In this document: positions 60,469 through 64,000 of the stretch, one piece after another
How the letters are laid out: each line of letters starts with the position of its first letter
How positions within the stretch are numbered: the stretch's first letter is position 1
NCBI GenBank assembly: GCA_963729795.1
Contig: CAVSPC010000054.1
Span: 1 to 64,000 of the forward strand
Reading direction: 5' to 3'
From: an uncultured delta proteobacterium
GTDB lineage: Bacteria; Desulfobacterota; Desulfomonilia; Desulfomonilales; Desulfomonilaceae
DNA length: 64,000 bases
Made by a program: the position numbers and the translations under genes
Notes under the pieces: model-generated
Database searches by the model: none
What the model was told of the DNA's origin: nothing
Seen by the model: the letters and a program-made list of their open reading frames with translations, nothing else

Positions 60469-61509
60469 TCAATCCGTCCACACGCCATATTTCGAATGAA
60501 AATCGCGGGCGGTTGTGAGCAATAGCTCTCCGGTCGGAGTGCTTTCATTGGGGAGTTTGACCGCAGAGTCCGGTTGTGTCAAGACTTTAAGCACCTCTCG
60601 GACGGACTTCACCAGGGCCGGGATTCTGTATCCTCCTTCAAGGCCAAGAAGCAAGGGAGGATCCCCTACCTCTTTTTTACGATCCAGAATTAGTCTGGTG
60701 AGCATTCCGAAGACCTTCTCTGTGATCTTTGCTCTGCTGAAAATGTCCTGCCCGTGGAGATCAAAGCCGGCGGCTACGAGAATCAGGTCAGGTTTGTATC
60801 TTCTTATAGCTTCCCCCACAACTTCGCCGTAAAGATATATTAAATCGGCATCCTCAATCGCCTTGGTCAGCACCATGTTGACATTATACCCTCCCCCTTC
60901 GCCTGCGCCTGTCTCCTCCCATTCACCGCTGTACGGGAAGATGTTGGTATAGTGAGACGATATGTAAAGCACCTGCTTCTCATTGTAAAACAGATACTGT
61001 AATGCGTTGCCGTGATGCAGGTCCCAGTCCACTATCAAGATACGTTTGTAGTCATATCTTCTCATGGCATATCGCGCGGTTATGCCAAGATTGTTAAAAA
61101 TGCAAAAACCACCGGCTCTGTCCGGTTGTGCATGATGTCCAGGCGGCCGTACCAAAGAGAAACAAACGTCGCACTCACCTGACCGAAGCATCTCCAAAGC
61201 CGTGGTGCAGCCGCCGACCGCTAACCAAGCAGCCATATAAGAGCGTGGACTGGTCGGGGTGTCCTGGGCCAAGTGCGTAAAGTCGAGATTGGCAGTATGC
61301 AATACTTTTCTCACGTACGACGGCGTGTGCACAACCTCAAGATCCTCAAGTGTAACAGGCTGCGGTTTAATATAAATCACCTCTCGAGAAAACTCTGCAT
61401 CCACCATGCTGTAAATGTACTTCAGGCGATTCGGATGCTCAGGATGAATTATGCCCGTCCTATGCTCGAGGTATCTATCATCCCTGACCACTCCGATCTT
61501 AAGCGCCAT
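60469..61509 (-). CDS. Histone-deacetylase-family protein (class I HDAC, AcuC-like protein deacetylase)
   Basis: HDAC signature: PPGHHA, Zn ligands in DWDLHHGNA and GFD. The start is ATG at 61509 or 61521. Confidence 0.8.
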   Translation of the reverse strand: MALKIGVVRDDRYLEHRTGIIHPEHPNRLKYIYSMVDAEFSREVIYIKPQPVTLEDLEVVHTPSYVRKVLHTANLDFTHLAQDTPTSPRSYMAAWLAVGGCTTALEMLRSGECDVCFSLVRPPGHHAQPDRAGGFCIFNNLGITARYAMRRYDYKRILIVDWDLHHGNALQYLFYNEKQVLYISSHYTNIFPYSGEWEETGAGEGGGYNVNMVLTKAIEDADLIYLYGEVVGEAIRRYKPDLILVAAGFDLHGQDIFSRAKITEKVFGMLTRLILDRKKEVGDPPLLLGLEGGYRIPALVKSVREVLKVLTQPDSAVKLPNESTPTGELLLTTARDFHSKYGVWTD

Positions 61510-62005
61510 CGGTTTCCTCAATTCTCAGTGTCATTTTCCTCTCGGACAGGCCCGCATCACAAAATCGAAAGCCCATTTTCTTGTACAACTTTATGGCCTT
61601 AAAGTTGTCGGACTCCACTGTGAGCCAGACCGATTTCAAACCGAGTATCTTGGCGCGCTGAATTGCCATCTGGGTGAGAACAGTCGCAAGGCCGCGTTTC
61701 CTGTGAGGTCCACCCACAAAGATCACGTACTCACCGTCGTTTGTCTCGCTTTTAGGCAAGATAGCCGCATGGCCCACGACCTTCCCCTCTATGATCGCAG
61801 CATAGTTCTCCCCGGTTTGGAGAAGAGTTCGAATCCAAATGTGTCGTGTTGCTTTGTCTGTCGGAGGAAGACCCTGGGCAACCGCTTCGGGCATAAAAGA
61901 GTCGTACATGTCGAGGATACGCTTAAAGTCGCCGGCGCCGCAACTCACCACGACAAACGGTGTACCAAGCCTGTCATGGAAAGTCCTTTGCTCCGTGTGG
62001 TCCAT
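61499..62005 (-). CDS. GNAT-family N-acetyltransferase, a paralog of 52255..52743
   Basis: Motif A HRKRGLATVLTQMAI. The start is trimmed to the ATG at 62005 (MDHTEQRTF...) to match the paralog N-terminus; the track ORF starts at 62164 and would overlap acs. It overlaps the HDAC start by about 11 nt. Confidence 0.7.
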   Translation of the reverse strand: MDHTEQRTFHDRLGTPFVVVSCGAGDFKRILDMYDSFMPEAVAQGLPPTDKATRHIWIRTLLQTGENYAAIIEGKVVGHAAILPKSETNDGEYVIFVGGPHRKRGLATVLTQMAIQRAKILGLKSVWLTVESDNFKAIKLYKKMGFRFCDAGLSERKMTLRIEETDGA

Positions 62006-62105
62006 GATTTTCTTTCGTGGCGCGACGGCCCAAAAAAGATAGTTCCGCGATCCACGGAAGCCAACAACCTTTCTGCCGTGCTGAACCGCCGGTCGGCGGG
62101 TAATG

Positions 62106-64000
62106 CTACGCGCGCAACTCCAAGCGACCCTGGACAAGACTCTCGACAACCGCAGGGTCGGCAATGGCGGAAAAGTCTTTCAGGGTTGTAACATCGCCTG
62201 CCGCGATCTTTTGAAGGATTACTCTGAGGATCTTACCGCTCGGAGTCCGAGGCAAAGTATTAACCCACTGAATGACATCGATTTCGGCGAAGTCGGCGAC
62301 TGTGCTGCGTACTAGATCCATGAGCTCGCTTTTGAGTTCCGCTGACTGCTCCGCTCGATCCCGAAGGTGGACAAACGCATATACCCCCCTGCCTTTTATG
62401 GGATGCGGATAGCCAACTACCGCTACCTCGGCCACCTTTTCGTGCTGAATAATAATAGACTCCAGTTCGGGTATTCCTAGGCGGTGCCCCGCCGAATTAA
62501 TGACATCGTCGACACGGCCGATTATCCAATATTCCCCGTCTTCATCCTGCTTGGCTCCGTCCCCGGTGAAGTACAGACCCGGAACTCGATTGAAATGGCC
62601 TTCCAGAAACCGTTCGTGATCGCCGAAGATCGTCCTCGCCATACCCGGCCAGGCTCGGTCGATACAAAGTACACCCTCTTGATTCGGAAACTTGGCTTTT
62701 TCGCCCGTACCGGGGTCCAATATCACCGGCTTTACTCCAAAGAAAGGAAGCGAGCAACATCCGGCTTTCAAGGGAGCGGCACCAGGAAAAGGCGCGATAA
62801 GAATTCCGCCTGCCTCAGCTTGAGAATACGCATTTACTACCGGGCATCGTCCTCTGCCCACTCGTTCGTAGAACCACTTCCACGTTTCAGGGCTAACCAT
62901 TTCGCGCATGAGACCCAGGAGCTTGAGCGAGGTAATATCGTGTCCATCCACGGAGTTTGGGGCCTGTTCGGAGAGGAATCGGACAACGCTCGGCAGAGTG
63001 CAGAATTTGTCCACCTTGTGCTTGGCCACTATTTCCCACACTCTGTTCGGGTCCGAATAACCAGGCACGCCCTCGAAAATGACAGAGGTGAGGCCGTTCA
63101 ACAGTGGTCCGTAGACTGCATAACTGTGCCCGGCCATCCAAGCTATGTCCTCAGTCATCCACAAAGTTTCTTCATCTTTCAAATCGAACACTAGACGACT
63201 TGTCATCGAGGCATAAAGCAAGTATCCGCCATGAGTATGGACAAACCCTTTCGGCCTTCCGGAGGGGCCGCTTGCATACAAAATGAAGAGAGGATCTTCT
63301 GCATCCATAGGTTCAGGAGCGACGTACGAGGGCAAAGCAGGATCGGCGACTGCTTCGTGCCACCAGATGTCCCTTGTGCCACTCAGTTGAATTGGCTCGT
63401 CGGTGTGCTTAAGGACTATTACCACTTCCACTGAGTTACAGCTCTCAAGGGCTGCATCGACTTTGGATTTTAACAGCACCGGTTCGCCACCGCGAAAGCT
63501 TCCGTCGGCTGTGATCACCGCTTTAGCAAGGCAGTTTTGAATACGATAAGCTAGCGCTGCCGCTCCGAAGCCCGAATAAACCACACAGTGGACCGCCCCG
63601 ATCCTCGCGCACGCGAGCATGGCGATGGGCAACTCAAGCACCATCGGCATGTAAATGACTACTCTGTCCCCGCGTTCGACCCCTCTAGACTTTAGCAGGG
63701 CCGCGAACTTGTTTATTTTTTCGTAGAGCTCCCGATACGTGACAGTGCAAGATCGGCTCGCGTCCTCGCCTTCCCAATGGTAAGCAGGCTTATGGCCGAG
63801 TTTCCCGATATGTCGGTCCACGCAATTGTAAGCCGCGTTGAGTATCCCGCCAGGGAACCACTCGATCCTTGCTTCCTCAAAGTCAGACCGGACCACAACA
63901 TCCCACTTTTTCATCCACGAAAGATAGTTTTCCGCCTGCTCAGCCCAGAAGTTCTCGGCAGAATTCAATGACCTTTCATAGAGTTCTCTGTACATCTCCG
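62106..64000 (-). CDS. acs: Acetyl-CoA synthetase, second copy. The N-terminus lies beyond the 3' end of the window.
   Basis: About 60 percent identical to the Acs at 49287..51251 ([40 protein letters not shown]). The sequence begins at the conserved YRELYERS, so about 25 N-terminal residues are missing. Confidence 0.9.
   Translation of the reverse strand, partial: EMYRELYERSLNSAENFWAEQAENYLSWMKKWDVVVRSDFEEARIEWFPGGILNAAYNCVDRHIGKLGHKPAYHWEGEDASRSCTVTYRELYEKINKFAALLKSRGVERGDRVVIYMPMVLELPIAMLACARIGAVHCVVYSGFGAAALAYRIQNCLAKAVITADGSFRGGEPVLLKSKVDAALESCNSVEVVIVLKHTDEPIQLSGTRDIWWHEAVADPALPSYVAPEPMDAEDPLFILYASGPSGRPKGFVHTHGGYLLYASMTSRLVFDLKDEETLWMTEDIAWMAGHSYAVYGPLLNGLTSVIFEGVPGYSDPNRVWEIVAKHKVDKFCTLPSVVRFLSEQAPNSVDGHDITSLKLLGLMREMVSPETWKWFYERVGRGRCPVVNAYSQAEAGGILIAPFPGAAPLKAGCCSLPFFGVKPVILDPGTGEKAKFPNQEGVLCIDRAWPGMARTIFGDHERFLEGHFNRVPGLYFTGDGAKQDEDGEYWIIGRVDDVINSAGHRLGIPELESIIIQHEKVAEVAVVGYPHPIKGRGVYAFVHLRDRAEQSAELKSELMDLVRSTVADFAEIDVIQWVNTLPRTPSGKILRVILQKIAAGDVTTLKDFSAIADPAVVESLVQGRLELRA

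Noticed and set aside
1-64000. CRISPR arrays, rRNA and tRNA genes
   Set aside because: No regularly spaced direct repeats were seen. No 16S/23S-like conserved blocks or cloverleaf-compatible tRNA sequences were found in the intergenic regions.

Overview
This window looks like a moderately GC-rich chromosomal segment, probably from a syntrophic deltaproteobacterium of the Syntrophus/Smithella type; that assignment is inference only. It is densely coded and mostly minus-strand in the first half.

Recognisable housekeeping loci, in order:
- hisI-hisG
- an ECF sigma / zinc-finger anti-sigma / trxA / trxB operon
- pstSCAB
- smc
- rpsO-pnp-M16 peptidase
- yjcH-actP

The second half, about 33.7 to 64 kb, is an island for acetate and short-chain acyl activation. 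It holds four AMP-forming acyl-CoA synthetases: a PrpE-like enzyme, an Acs, a Bacillus-type AcsA and a second Acs that runs off the window. Around them sit the yjcH-actP acetate permease pair, a sensor kinase with a sodium:solute symporter (SSF) input domain (CrbS/CbrA-like) plus two output-less response regulators, a DnaQ-like exonuclease followed by two tandem CBS / cNMP-binding / DUF294 nucleotidyltransferase paralogs, two paralogous GNAT acetyltransferases, a class-I HDAC (AcuC-like) deacetylase, and (at 17.3 kb) a CobB sirtuin. I read this as a multi-layer post-translational control system for acyl-CoA synthetases. The DUF294/exonuclease module is the least understood part.

Other content:
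- tandem SagB-type nitroreductase genes at the 5' edge
- a rubrerythrin-like / flotillin / NfeD / M48 peptidase cluster
- atoE
- a TPR protein fused to a retropepsin-like protease
- a hicB-hicA toxin-antitoxin pair
- a czcB/czcA-type heavy-metal RND efflux pair

Three conserved genes (cobB, hicA, czcA) each carry a single-base frameshift. Several small hairpin repeat families and a roughly 275-bp element resembling a miniature inverted-repeat transposable element (MITE) sit in intergenic regions. I found no rRNA, tRNA or CRISPR array.
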